DNA from: an uncultured Methylomirabilota bacterium
Lineage (GTDB): Bacteria > Methylomirabilota > Methylomirabilia > Methylomirabilales > 2-02-FULL-66-22
Assembly: GCA_963705305.1 (NCBI GenBank)
Contig: OY970067.1
Span: 2,496,001-2,560,000, forward strand
Length of the DNA: 64,000 nucleotides
Direction: 5' to 3'
Positions within the stretch are counted from its first letter, which is position 1. Every line of letters begins with the position of its first letter. Positions 18,528 to 28,337 of the stretch are shown piece by piece. The position numbers and the translations under genes are program-made. The notes under the pieces are model-generated. The model searched no databases. It had not been told where the DNA came from and was given only the letters and a program-made list of their open reading frames with translations.

Positions 18528-18543
18528 TGGCATCGGCCTTGCT
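18528..18543 (+). promoter_or_regulatory. sigma54-like -24/-12 element in IS left end
   Basis: TGGCAT-CGGCC-TTGCT about 40 bp upstream of transposase ATG. Confidence 0.45.
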
Positions 18544-18585
18544 TGGTTTCACCCAGTGGGTGCAAACACCACAAGGAGGAGAGCG

Positions 18586-19959
18586 ATGCCCGACACCTCG
18601 CCCCGGTTGCCGTTCGAGATCGATGACGCGATCGACCCCACGCTGGTCACGGGCCGGGCCGGGGTCCCGCTCGTGATCGAGCTGTTCCGCCAGCTCGGGG
18701 TGGCCCAGGCCGTCGACACCCACGTTGCGGTCAAGCAGCGGCAGCGCGGATTACCCCCCTCGCAGCTCGTGGAGAGTCTCGTCGCGTTGTGGACGAGCGG
18801 CGGGGACCGCTGCCAGGACCTCACGACGCTCCGGGAGGATCAGGCCCTGGCCACGCTGCTCGGCTACCCCCTGCCGGCCGCGACCACGGTCCGGGACTTC
18901 CTCGAGGCCTTCCACGTGGAGGACGGGCCGCTCTGGGTGGCCGGGCCCGCGGCCACGGTCCCCCTGGAGTCCGCCCCCTTGGCGGGCCTCGGACAGGCGA
19001 ACCGGACGCTGGTCGCGGGCGTCCAGCGCGGGGCCCGGGCGGCGACGGCCACCCTGGATGTGGACGCGACGCTCGTCGAGAGCCACAAGGACGCGGCGAC
19101 CGTGGCCTACGACGGGACCCGGGGCTACCAGCCCGTCGTGGTCCTCTGGGCCGAGCACGATGTCATCGTGCACGACCAGTTCCGCGATGGCCAGGTGCCC
19201 GCCGGGTGCGGCAACGTGCGCGTCCTCGAACAGGCGGTGGCCAACTTGCCCCAGGGCGTGGACCGCATCTCCCTGCGGGCCGACAGCGCCCTCTACGAGA
19301 CGGAGGTCCTCCGCTGGTGCGAGGAGAAGAAAATCGCCTACGCGATTAGCGCCGATATGTCCGCGCAGCTCCAGGCCGAGATCCGGCGCCTCCCCGCGGC
19401 CGCCTGGCAGCTCGAGCGGGAGGAGCCCGAGGCGATCCGGGCCTGGGCCGAAGTCCCCTACGTCCCCGAGGATGGCGATCACCGGAAGGCGCGGCCGTGC
19501 GTTCGCCGCTACCTCGCGGTGCGTATCCAGCGACGCCAGGGGAGCCTCTTCGCCGACGGGAGTAGCGTGCAGTACTTCGCCGTGGTCACCAATCGGCCGG
19601 AGGATGGGCTCACGATCCTCCGGTGGCACCGGGAGAAAGCAGGGACCATCGAGCACACCCATCACGTCCTCAAGACCGAGCTGGCGGCCGCCGCGCTGCC
19701 CAGCGGGAAGTTCGGGGCGAACGCCGCGTGGTTCCGCCTCAATGTGCTGACGTACAACTTGCTCACCGCCCTGAAGCGCTTGACCTTACCCGGAGATCTC
19801 CGGACCGCCCGGCCGAAGCGACTCCGGTTCCTGCTGTTCAACACCGTCGGGAAGGTCGTCGCGCATGCCCGGCAGACGCTCTTGCGGCTCTCGGCCGCCC
19901 TGCAGCATGCCTTACTCCACCGGGTCCGACGCAAGATCGCCCGACTGGCCCCGGCTTAG
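18586..19959 (+). CDS. IS1380 family DDE transposase
   Basis: TLDVDAT, GYQP, LRADSA, HREKAGTIEH, PSGKFGANAAW motifs; AGGAGG RBS. Confidence 0.92.
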   Translation: MPDTSPRLPFEIDDAIDPTLVTGRAGVPLVIELFRQLGVAQAVDTHVAVKQRQRGLPPSQLVESLVALWTSGGDRCQDLTTLREDQALATLLGYPLPAATTVRDFLEAFHVEDGPLWVAGPAATVPLESAPLAGLGQANRTLVAGVQRGARAATATLDVDATLVESHKDAATVAYDGTRGYQPVVVLWAEHDVIVHDQFRDGQVPAGCGNVRVLEQAVANLPQGVDRISLRADSALYETEVLRWCEEKKIAYAISADMSAQLQAEIRRLPAAAWQLEREEPEAIRAWAEVPYVPEDGDHRKARPCVRRYLAVRIQRRQGSLFADGSSVQYFAVVTNRPEDGLTILRWHREKAGTIEHTHHVLKTELAAAALPSGKFGANAAWFRLNVLTYNLLTALKRLTLPGDLRTARPKRLRFLLFNTVGKVVAHARQTLLRLSAALQHALLHRVRRKIARLAPA

Positions 19960-19977
19960 TCGGAGATTAGGGACCCG

Positions 19978-20727
19978 TCATGTCGTCCGGACCCGTCCTC
20001 TGAAGCGCTTCGGTGGCGGGTTGGCGCACCGCCGTGGGACGGCGCGGGTGCCCTGCACCGCCCGGGCCCGATCAAAAATCTGCTGGAGCATGGCTGCGGT
20101 GAGGCGACCCGTCTGGGTGTTTTGCTGGCTCGGATGGTAGGAGGCGAGAAGGGTGATCCCGCCGGGAAGGCTCGCCTCGGCCCCATGAGCGAAGCGGGGG
20201 CGAGGGGTCGGCAGGTCGCGGCCGGCCTCTTGCCAGGCGCCGAGGAACGCGTCGAACCCGATGCGTCCCAGCGCCACGACGACCCGCAGCCGCCGCAGCA
20301 GGCGAAGCTCGCGGAGAAAGAAGGGCCGGCAGGCGATCATCTCCTCCCGGTCGGGACGGTTCTTGGGCGGGGCACAACGGACGGGCGCGGTCATGTAGCA
20401 GCCGAGCAGCCGCAGGCCGTCCTGCCGATCCCGCGAGACCGGCTGGCTGGCGAAGCCGGACCGGTAGAGGGCGCGGATGAGAAAATCTCCGCTGCGATCC
20501 CCCGTGAACATGCGGCCGGTGCGGTTTCCGCCGTGGGCCGCGGGGGCCAGGCCGACGATCAAGAGGGTGCCCCGCGGATCGCCGAAGCCCGGAAGCGGCT
20601 TGCCCCAGTATTTCTCTCCGCGGAAGCGGCGCACTTTCTCGCGCGCGACCTGCTCGCGGTAGGCGACCAGCCGCGGGCAGATCCGACAGATCACCACCTC
20701 CGCTCCGAGCTTCCGGAAAGAGTCCAT
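19978..20727 (-). CDS. Uracil-DNA glycosylase family 5 (UdgB-like)
   Basis: CxxCPRL, GLAPAAHGGNRTGRMFTGD, YHPSQQNT motifs. Confidence 0.92.
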   Translation of the reverse strand: MDSFRKLGAEVVICRICPRLVAYREQVAREKVRRFRGEKYWGKPLPGFGDPRGTLLIVGLAPAAHGGNRTGRMFTGDRSGDFLIRALYRSGFASQPVSRDRQDGLRLLGCYMTAPVRCAPPKNRPDREEMIACRPFFLRELRLLRRLRVVVALGRIGFDAFLGAWQEAGRDLPTPRPRFAHGAEASLPGGITLLASYHPSQQNTQTGRLTAAMLQQIFDRARAVQGTRAVPRRCANPPPKRFRGRVRTT

Positions 20728-20755
20728 CTCGGTTCCCGCTCCAGAATCCCGGCCC

Positions 20756-21160
20756 TCACAGGCCCCAGCTGAACGTGCGCCGGGGGGTGACCTCGATGAT
20801 GGCCCCGTCGCCCTCCTCCAGGGAGGCATACCCCTCGTACTGGGGGTAGCGCTGGTAGAGGCGCCTGCGCAGGCGACGGAACTCGGGACCGCCAAGGATG
20901 ATGCGGGCGGTACCGCGGATCAGGATGCCGCGCAGGTGAGCCCAGGCCTCCGTGTACTCATCGAAGACGAGGGCCAGCTGCGGGGTGGCCCGGATGTTCC
21001 GCACCTTGACGGCCGCCGCCTCGGAGGCGAAGACTACATGCTCCCCGTCAAGGAGGGGACAGACGGGAACGTTGTGGGGCGCCCCGTCGCGACCCACGGT
21101 CGCCACGCGGCAGACTCGCTGGTAGACGATGAACTCCCGCTCCGCCTTCTTCAGGCGCAT
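20756..21160 (-). CDS. Pyridoxamine 5'-phosphate oxidase-like flavin/F420-binding protein
   Basis: RVATVGRDGAPHNVPV, KVRNI motifs. Confidence 0.82.
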   Translation of the reverse strand: MRLKKAEREFIVYQRVCRVATVGRDGAPHNVPVCPLLDGEHVVFASEAAAVKVRNIRATPQLALVFDEYTEAWAHLRGILIRGTARIILGGPEFRRLRRRLYQRYPQYEGYASLEEGDGAIIEVTPRRTFSWGL

Positions 21161-21220
21161 GGCCCACTCCTTTGCAGCATTCCGCAACTGCATGCCGCCG
21201 CGGCGACGCGGGAGGAAGGA

Positions 21221-21406
21221 TCAGTCCGCCTCGACCCGCTTCACCAGGATCCGGGTTCCTCGATCCGACTCCGTCTCGGGACAGCGCAGCTCGAGATCGG
21301 CCTCGGCCTCCCTCCCCTCCACCTTCAGGGAAAGAATTCCGCCGTTCCACAGGTGGGCGATCTCGGTCCGGCTGAGCTTTACCGTCGCGCGCAATTCCAC
21401 CGACAT
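21221..21406 (-). CDS. Hypothetical protein (61 aa)
   Basis: GGAGG RBS before MSVELRATVKL; co-oriented in gene string. Confidence 0.5.
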   Translation of the reverse strand: MSVELRATVKLSRTEIAHLWNGGILSLKVEGREAEADLELRCPETESDRGTRILVKRVEAD

Positions 21407-21422
21407 GGGCGCCTCCAGAGGA

Positions 21423-21986
21423 TCAATCCGACGGGCGTCGGCGGGGGCGGCCGGGTCCCACGAGCTGGCGCACGGTCTTGGCGCCGCAGAACCGGGCCGC
21501 GTCTGGGAATCGGAACACCACCCGCAGGCGGTCCGGATTTGTGATGGGCCGTGGAAGGCGGAAGAGCGGCCCAAGGTCGAACCGGTAATAGCGGGCCTGC
21601 TGCCCCCGGCGTCCGGGCCAGGCTAGTCCCGGCAGCTGGCTGCGGCGGACGCGGGACACCCGCTGGACAGCGGCGTATTCCTGGACGAGGCCGGCAGAGA
21701 GCCCGAACCGGGCAGAGGGCTGGTAAAGGGCGATGAAAGAGACCCCGATTCGTGAGGCGGCGATGGCGGAGACGGGGACATGGTAATAATGCAGCCGCCG
21801 GATCAACTCCAGATGCTCCGGCCCACGGACCGGCCCTACCATCAGCGACCGCGTTTGGTTTCCCTCGGCCACGGCCAGGACGCGCGGGCGAAATCGAGCC
21901 GGATACCCCGTCGCCCGCGTGCCGGGGGCGTCCGGGCGATCGAGCCGAGCCGGACGGCGGCCAGGCGCATCCGACGGAGGCCTCAT
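21423..21986 (-). CDS. Hypothetical protein, possible PUA/EVE-like nucleic-acid-binding domain
   Basis: LMVGPVR...YYHVP...IALYQ...YYRFDL...LPRPI pattern; possible leaderless start. Confidence 0.5.
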   Translation of the reverse strand: MRPPSDAPGRRPARLDRPDAPGTRATGYPARFRPRVLAVAEGNQTRSLMVGPVRGPEHLELIRRLHYYHVPVSAIAASRIGVSFIALYQPSARFGLSAGLVQEYAAVQRVSRVRRSQLPGLAWPGRRGQQARYYRFDLGPLFRLPRPITNPDRLRVVFRFPDAARFCGAKTVRQLVGPGRPRRRPSD

Positions 21987-22032
21987 GGGGCCACCGTAAC
22001 ACAGAATCGCCGATTTTTCCAGGCACCGACCG

Positions 22033-22452
22033 TTGGAGAACCCGGGCCGCCACCACGGCCAACAATGCCTGCCTGGCCGGGGCCTGGGTCCCGCCCTGGT
22101 CTTCGGGATTCCCGGCGACCCCATCACTGCCATCCTGATGTTCTGCGTGGTGGGGTCCTTCGCCATCAACAATGATACCTTCGACATCGGCATGATGCTG
22201 GCGATGGGTATCCTGGGCTACGTCTTCGAGGCCAACGGGATCCCCGTGGCCCCCGTGGTCCTGGGGCTCGTCCTGGGCCCCATCCTGGAGCAGAACTTCA
22301 TGGTGAGCATGATCAAGACGCAGTGGAGCCTGGTGCCGTTCTTCACCCGCCCCGTGGCGGCGCTCCTCGGCGTCATGACCATCCTGACCTGGCTCGTTCC
22401 CCTCTACCCGACCATCTTCGGCTGGCTCCGCCGCCGCCCGGCGTCCGGCTGA
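22033..22452 (+). pseudogene. TctA tripartite tricarboxylate transporter fragment
   Basis: ANNA...ALVFGIPGDPITAIL joined directly to C-terminal PVAPVVLGLVLGPILEQN; frameshift and large internal deletion. Confidence 0.75.
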
Positions 22453-23050
22453 CGGTCGCGTCGGGCCAGCCGACACGCGCCGAATCTCTCCGGGGCACCT
22501 CCACGCCACCCACCTCTGCTGGGCCAGCGGGAATGGCCCGGACATCGTCCAGGAGCAGCATGGACAGGCGAACATCAGGATCGCGACGACCTACGAAAAA
22601 GTCGGTTTGACCCAGATCGTGGCGCCCGTCGCCTCGGACCGAGCCGACTGGGCGTGCCGGGCCTTGCCAGCCCGAGTGCCCATGAGGGTTCGTCTCCCCC
22701 CCGGACTGCCAAGTGAGCAAAAGTCCCCAGTCCGCCCCGGCATGTGTTTCCGCCGCCAGACGCCAGATGCCTCCGCATCCTCGCTCTTGGCCCTGGCTCC
22801 CAGAGCCCGTTCGTCCCCCTAATCACGCTTATGCTCCTCGCCTCAGAGCCCCTGCTGGGGTGATGACGGGGTCGGCCTGCGATCCCACGGACCGGGAGGG
22901 GCACATCCGAAACAAACCGTCGCGCGAGGAATTCGCCAATTCCGCAAGCATGACTACCGTCGCGGATTAGCAGGAGAAGGCCACGCAAACGGGCGCTGGG
23001 ATAGGGGCGGCGCTTCTATCGTCGAAATGGAGCAACACCTTGAGAAGAGT

Positions 23051-23114
23051 GTCTAACAACCGGTTCCAGCGGACGGTCCGCTACGCAGCTCGCCGCTGAA
23101 CCTGAGCGTTGGAC
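23051..23114 (+). other. Integron attC recombination site (64 bp)
   Basis: GTCTAAC...TCCAGCGG...CCGCTGAA...GTTGGAC. Confidence 0.75.
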
Positions 23115-23485
23115 GGCTGGACTGCGGAACTCATGACATCGCGAGGCGCACGAAACCCCAGACTTGGCTATGCCGGGTGGGTGACTGCAGGTCGTCACCT
23201 TGGGCTGGCAGCTGTAGCAAGGGCCTACGTGGCACGCCATCGTGCGGGGGCGAAGGCAGAACTCGATGCCTTCACCAACGAACCCATTTTGGCTACGGCC
23301 GTGAAACGTGCGGGCCTTGCTCAACGGAAGACTCGCCGGGGCTATCGGCCCTTCGATCATCCGCGTCGGCTGCCTCTTCATGTGAGACGGGACGTTGCAT
23401 TATCTGTCATATCATTGAGAGTGTGCAGGGACGAGGGGCGCACGGCCCCGGGGGCAGATGGCCGACCGCTGCTTCCACCTCGCCT

Positions 23486-23640
23486 TCAGGGCAGGGTGAT
23501 GATCTCCACCCAGTTCGGATTCCTTCCCATCGGATAGTCCTTTAGCTTCGTCAACCTTCCCGAACCAGGGTCGAGATGGTAGCTCGACAGGCGGTGAGAG
23601 CGCTGACTGACGGCGAGCAGGTAGCGGCCGGCAGGGCGAC
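23486..23640 (-). pseudogene. C-terminal fragment of a lactonase (Pgl/YbhE-like beta-propeller)
   Basis: Manual translation: PAGRYLLAVSQRSHRLSSYHLDPGSGRLTKLKDYPMGRNPNWVEIITLP*. Confidence 0.6.
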
Positions 23641-23672
23641 GGTCGAACGCTGTCGCAACGGGGACGGGCGGC

Positions 23673-23876
23673 TCAGCCCTCCCAGCCGGGATGGCTGAGG
23701 AATTCGCGGGTGCGGGGGACCTGCGGGGCGTCGAAGATCTGCGCGGGGGGCCCCTGCTCGATGACGGCGCCGCGCTCGAAGACCACCACCCAGTCTGCGA
23801 CCCGGCGCGCGAAGGTCATCTCGTGGGTCACGACGATCATGGTGCGCCCTTCGCCGGCGAGGCCGACCTCGTCCAT
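23673..23876 (-). pseudogene. C-terminal fragment of amino-acid ABC ATPase (GlnQ-like)
   Basis: TMIVVTHEMTFARRVAD...EQGPPAQIF...RTREFL; no Walker A or B. Confidence 0.75.
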
Positions 23877-23877
23877 C

Positions 23878-24582
23878 TCACATCACCCCCGTCTTTTCCG
23901 CCAGTGTTTGCAGGTCTGGAACTTCCAGATCGGGCTGGGCGCGTGCCGGGGGCGTGGCTCCGAAGCCTGCTTGATTGTGCCGCCTGTTGACCCAGACGGT
24001 TGACAAGCCAAGGGCTTTGGCCGGAGCCACGTCGTGAAAGAGGCTCTGGGCCACGTGGAGGATCTTGTTCCTGGGCAATCCCATCCGCTGAAACGCCACG
24101 TGAAAGTTATTCAAGGACGGCTTGTAGGATCGGGCCTGCTGCGCCGTGATCACCCAGTCGAATTGCACCTGGAGACGCTGTGCGGAAAAGGCAAAGAGGT
24201 CGTCGTCGATATTGGAAATGATGGCGAGCCGGTACTTCTTCTTCAACGCCTGCAAAGCACGGGCTGAGTCCGGAAAGGCGGGCCAATCCTTGACCGACTC
24301 GGAGAACTGCTGCAATTCCATGGGAGTTGGTGCAAAGCCCAGCCGGGCGCCCAGCCCCTCCATCACCATGCGGAGCACCGTCCGGTATTCGTGGTATTCT
24401 CCGCGCTCGACTTCGGACTCCAGTTCGCCGTAATGCTCGAGTGCCGTGTCCTTCGGGGCGGCGAGGCGACGCTTCGTCAGGATGGGCTGCAGGACCTGCC
24501 AGATGCCGAACTCCCAGTCAATCAGCGTGCCGTAGCAGTCGAAGGTCAGCGCGTCGAAGTCGTCGAAGTGCAGCACGGTCAT
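23878..24582 (-). CDS. HAD-family haloacid dehalogenase type II
   Basis: TFDCYGTLIDWE, SNID, SYKP, HVAQSLFHD motifs. Confidence 0.88.
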   Translation of the reverse strand: MTVLHFDDFDALTFDCYGTLIDWEFGIWQVLQPILTKRRLAAPKDTALEHYGELESEVERGEYHEYRTVLRMVMEGLGARLGFAPTPMELQQFSESVKDWPAFPDSARALQALKKKYRLAIISNIDDDLFAFSAQRLQVQFDWVITAQQARSYKPSLNNFHVAFQRMGLPRNKILHVAQSLFHDVAPAKALGLSTVWVNRRHNQAGFGATPPARAQPDLEVPDLQTLAEKTGVM

Positions 24583-24738
24583 CCTCCGGAAGAAGGTGGC
24601 ATCAGTGAAGCGCCCACGCCCGGGTTGCACCGCCGTGCCGACTGAACCCGCCCGCTGCCCACGTTCCAGATGCTCTCCGTGGTCCGGATTCTCGGCTCGC
24701 GGCCGGGCCCCAGCGACATAGGAGCCGCCAGCTCTCCA

Positions 24739-25380
24739 TCATTCCTGTGGTTTCGCCGGACGAAGGCGAGCCATGGCCTCGGCAATCTTGTGCGAATCCC
24801 CGTCCGGGCGGCGCCGCAGCTCCCTGATGATGTTGTCGAAGTCCCCGGCGCTGCGATTCTGGCTGAGCTTGAAACTGGCTTCTATCCCGGTGACGGCGAT
24901 CGAGAACCCCACGACCCCCTTCATCATTGTATCTACGAAATCCGCCGGAAGGCTGGCCAGGTCGTAGCGCGGCGTCGAATCGGTGCCGGCCTCATGCCGT
25001 TTCACGAGACGCTCGAGCAGGCGGTACAGCTCGTTGCGATCGTCGATGATTCGGGGCGTCCCGTACACGTGTGCAGAAAGGTAATCCCACGTGGGCACGG
25101 CCTGCACCGTGTACCAGGTCGGCGAGATGTACGTGTGCGGCCCCTGAAATATCGTCAGCACCTCGGCCTCGGGTCGAAAGGTGCGCCATTGCGGATTCCC
25201 GCGGGCCATGTGGCCGCTCAGGCGGAGAATTCCCGTTGGGTCTTCCTCGAGCTCGACGAGCAGATGGGAGGCGATCGGCCGAGTCCCGTCCCAGGACACA
25301 ACGGTCGCGAAGTCGTGGGTCCGAATAAGTGTCTTGATCCGGTCGAGATCGGCTTCTTTGAAATGCGACGGTACGTACAT
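24739..25380 (-). CDS. PaiB-like FMN-binding protein
   Basis: MYVPSHF, GHMARGNPQW, YISPTWY, VPTWDY, FKLSQNR motifs. Confidence 0.9.
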   Translation of the reverse strand: MYVPSHFKEADLDRIKTLIRTHDFATVVSWDGTRPIASHLLVELEEDPTGILRLSGHMARGNPQWRTFRPEAEVLTIFQGPHTYISPTWYTVQAVPTWDYLSAHVYGTPRIIDDRNELYRLLERLVKRHEAGTDSTPRYDLASLPADFVDTMMKGVVGFSIAVTGIEASFKLSQNRSAGDFDNIIRELRRRPDGDSHKIAEAMARLRPAKPQE

Positions 25381-25392
25381 CGTTGCTGCCTC

Positions 25393-26085
25393 CTAGCACA
25401 TCAGCGCGCCGGCCTCGGCCAGCCACCGGGGCAGGTTCCCCACCGTCTCCAGGATGGCCGAGTGGGGATGCGCCTCGAGCTGGGCCCGGGTATGCGCGCC
25501 GGTCAGCACGCCAATGCTCCATCCCACGCCGGCGGCGGCCGCCGCCTCCAGGTCCGACACCGTGTCCCCCACCACCAGCACGGCTGCCGGGTCCACCACC
25601 CCCGCCAGGCGCATCGCGGCATGAATGAGGTCCGGGGCAGGCCGTCCTCGACGCACGTCATCGCCGGTGATGAGGCCCCGCAGGCCGAGGGTATCCCACC
25701 CCAGGCTCTGCACCAGCAGGTAGGCGGTGTCCCGATCCAGTCCTGTGGTGAGCACGACGTCAATCCCGCCCCCACGAAAGCCCTCGAAGACGGACTCGGC
25801 ACCCGGGGTCGGCTGGGCGTTCGCGCGGTAGGCCCGTCGCAGGGAATCCTGGAAGCGCTCGAAGACGACTCGGGAGAGCTCCGGGGCGCTCCCCGCCGTC
25901 GCTGGATCCGCCGCGAGCAGGTCCGAGATGGCCTCCCGCTTCGAGCGACCCCGAACCCCGGCGACCGCCGCGTCGGACAGCTTGACGCCGACGCTCGAGA
26001 GCGCCCTGCGAAACGACGAGGGCACTTCATCCCCGGCATGGACGGTTGTCCCCACCATATCGAAGACGGCAAGGCGTAGCCTCAC
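25393..26085 (-). CDS. HAD-family phosphonatase-like hydrolase
   Basis: VFDMVGTTV, GRPAPDLI, VGDTVSDL motifs. Confidence 0.82.
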   Translation of the reverse strand: MRLRLAVFDMVGTTVHAGDEVPSSFRRALSSVGVKLSDAAVAGVRGRSKREAISDLLAADPATAGSAPELSRVVFERFQDSLRRAYRANAQPTPGAESVFEGFRGGGIDVVLTTGLDRDTAYLLVQSLGWDTLGLRGLITGDDVRRGRPAPDLIHAAMRLAGVVDPAAVLVVGDTVSDLEAAAAAGVGWSIGVLTGAHTRAQLEAHPHSAILETVGNLPRWLAEAGALMC

Positions 26086-26266
26086 GCTGTCGCCCTCCTG
26101 GGGCCTGCCTGTTCTCGCGAGCAGCCACGGGTGAGCGCCGTCATCGGCGTTGCGAGCCACCAAGTGACAAAAGCGGCCCGAAGCATAGCTCCATGCCTCC
26201 GCGTCAGATCGCCAAGCAACTCACTTTCTTACCAGCGTCCTCTTTCCATCATTTCCGGCCATCCCG

Positions 26267-26809
26267 TTACCGCCCGGCCTGGAGATCGTCCAGGACGGCC
26301 TCGTACGTCCGGAGCGCAGCCTCGCCGAACAGGACGAAGCGCACCAGGCCGATCTCGGGATGGGCCACGAGATAGTCTCGGGCGGTCGTGAGGGCGATTC
26401 GGGCGGCCTCGGGCAGCGGATAGCCATACGCCCCCGTGCTGATGGAGGGGAAGGCCAAGCTCTTGATTCCCCGCTCGGAGGCAAGCTGGAGGCTGCTCCG
26501 GTAGGCGCCGGTCAGAAGCGCCGGCTCGCCGTGGCGGCCGTCGCGGTAGACCCGCCCCACGGTGTGAATGACCCATCGGGCCGGGAGCCGCCCCCCGCCG
26601 GTGATGCGGGCCTCGCCGGTGGGGCAGCCGCCGATCTTCTTGCACTCTTCCAGGATCTGCGGCCCCCCGGCCCGGTGAATGGCCCCATCCACGCCGCCCC
26701 CTCCCAGCAGCCTGGTGTTGGCGGCGTTGACGATGGCCTCGGTCTCCTGTCGCGTAATATCCCCTTCGACGAGCTCCAGGCGCGCGGCGCCGATCTGAAC
26801 GCTCCGCAT
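26267..26809 (-). CDS. Macrodomain O-acetyl-ADP-ribose deacetylase (YmdB-like)
   Basis: GDIT, IVNAAN, GGGVDGAIH, PSISTGAYGYP motifs. Confidence 0.93.
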   Translation of the reverse strand: MRSVQIGAARLELVEGDITRQETEAIVNAANTRLLGGGGVDGAIHRAGGPQILEECKKIGGCPTGEARITGGGRLPARWVIHTVGRVYRDGRHGEPALLTGAYRSSLQLASERGIKSLAFPSISTGAYGYPLPEAARIALTTARDYLVAHPEIGLVRFVLFGEAALRTYEAVLDDLQAGR

Positions 26810-26875
26810 GCCTCCCCTCCCTCAGCAGCCAGGATGCCGGCCGCATCGGCGGGCCCGGCGGGCAGGCCGGTCCCG

Positions 26876-27673
26876 TCAGCGGATCCACGTCTCCTGCAGG
26901 CGGGCGAACTCCCCCTTCAGCTTCATCAGGTCCACCCACAGGTTGACGTAGTTGATCCAGGCCGGATCGTCCCGCGGCAGGAGGTATCCGAAATCGTCCT
27001 TGGTATAGGTGTTCTCCGGCGCTACGGCGAAGAGGCGCGGCTCTTGCTTGGCGATCAGCATGGCCTCAACGTTGTCCGTAATCATCACGTCCAGGTCGCC
27101 CGCCAGGATCTTGTCGGGGATGCTGAGGTTCTTCTCCACGACGACGATCGTGGCCTGCTTGATGTTTGCATCCACGAACCGCTGGTTGGTCCCGCCGGGG
27201 TTCACCCCGATCTTCACGCCTGGCCGGTCGATGTCCGCCAGCGTCTTGAAGCGCTCCCGGTCGGCCGCCCGGATGAGGGGGGACTTGCCGACATTGATGT
27301 ACGCGTGGGAGAGCGCCGCCACCCGCTGGCGCGCCAGGGTCCGGGTGATGCCGGTCATGGCGATATCGTACTGGTCGTCCTGGATGCCCTTCAGCAGGGT
27401 CGGCCAGGTGGTCTTGACGAACTGGACCTTCACCCCCAGGGAATCGGCCAGGAGCCGGGCCGCATCGATGTCGTGCCCTTCGTAGTCATTGGTGGCCGGG
27501 TTCAGGAAGCTGAAGGGCTTGTAGTCCCCCGTCGTCCCGACGCGGAGGACGCCACGCTGGACGATCTGATCCAGGCGGGAAGTCGTCTGGGCCTGGGCGA
27601 GGCCGGCCGTAAGCGCGACCAGCAGCAGGACCAGCCAGACGGATAGGACATGCCGGCTTCGTGTGAAGTGCAT
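26876..27673 (-). CDS. Family-3 solute-binding protein / cyclohexadienyl dehydratase (PheC-like)
   Basis: Signal peptide; LRVGTTGDYKPFS, VNPGGTN, DVMITD motifs. Confidence 0.82.
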   Translation of the reverse strand: MHFTRSRHVLSVWLVLLLVALTAGLAQAQTTSRLDQIVQRGVLRVGTTGDYKPFSFLNPATNDYEGHDIDAARLLADSLGVKVQFVKTTWPTLLKGIQDDQYDIAMTGITRTLARQRVAALSHAYINVGKSPLIRAADRERFKTLADIDRPGVKIGVNPGGTNQRFVDANIKQATIVVVEKNLSIPDKILAGDLDVMITDNVEAMLIAKQEPRLFAVAPENTYTKDDFGYLLPRDDPAWINYVNLWVDLMKLKGEFARLQETWIR

Positions 27674-28031
27674 GGGACCCCTCCTTGTAGGTGTGTCGAA
27701 GTACCGGAAACCGCCGGACACGCTGCCCGGCGAGTCTAGCGGGGAGACCCCGTTGGGTGTGCCAACCGCCCCTCAGCCCAGCGACGGAACCATCGCCCTC
27801 CCTGCCGCTCGACGAGTTTCGTGGTCAGGACGGCGAGGACCGGCAGGACGATGAGCGGGACGGGCGAACGGGTCCCCGCCCGCCGGACGGCCCACACCAG
27901 GACGCCGACGGCCTGCAAGAACATCCCCGTGCCGATCCGGCGGCCATGTTGGCGCCGACCCCTCGCGCGTTGAATCCTCTCCGCCGCCCATCCCGGCAGG
28001 CAGCAATGACCCAAAAATGCAGAAACGCATT

Positions 28032-28122
28032 TCACACAAAGACGCCAGGGGCGCCCAAGAGAGAATTCGAACTTCGAAATTGAAGAAGGCTTCTCTTGGC
28101 GATCTTCGCGATCTTGGCGAGA
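28032..28122. repeat. Imperfect inverted repeat built from ~9-bp units
   Basis: CACAAAGACGCCAGG...CCAAGAGA / TCTCTTGGCGATCTTCGCGATCTTGGCGAGA. Confidence 0.5.
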
Positions 28123-28187
28123 GATCGGGATTCGGGACGCGGTTAGATTACCCCGGTTCGGGCGAAGGATCAAGGGCCGGCAGCGAC

Positions 28188-28337
28188 CCCAAATCTCCGG
28201 CTAACCTGTGCATCGCCTCTACGGGGCGCCACCCGTCGGGTGCGACCAGGTCCGAGGCGGGCAGCCGGCCCCGCAGCCATGAATGCGGGCGCGACTCATG
28301 TGCGCTACCGGCCTGCGACGTTAGCCGGAAATTAAGG
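28188..28337. mobile_element. 150-bp non-autonomous MITE with IS1380-type ends
   Basis: TIRs CCCAAATCTCCGGCTAAC / reverse complement CCTTAATTTCCGGCTAAC; 5-bp TSD GCGAC on both sides. Confidence 0.78.

Larger units (their letters stand above)
18453..19972 (+). mobile_element. IS1380 family insertion sequence
   Basis: 18-bp TIRs CCCTAATCTCCG(G/A)CTAAG (17/18 match), 5-bp TSD ACCCG at 18448-18452 and 19973-19977. Confidence 0.92.

Noticed and set aside
22820..22930. Possible riboswitch-like structured region
   Set aside because: Could not match any riboswitch consensus I know, and no intact downstream gene.
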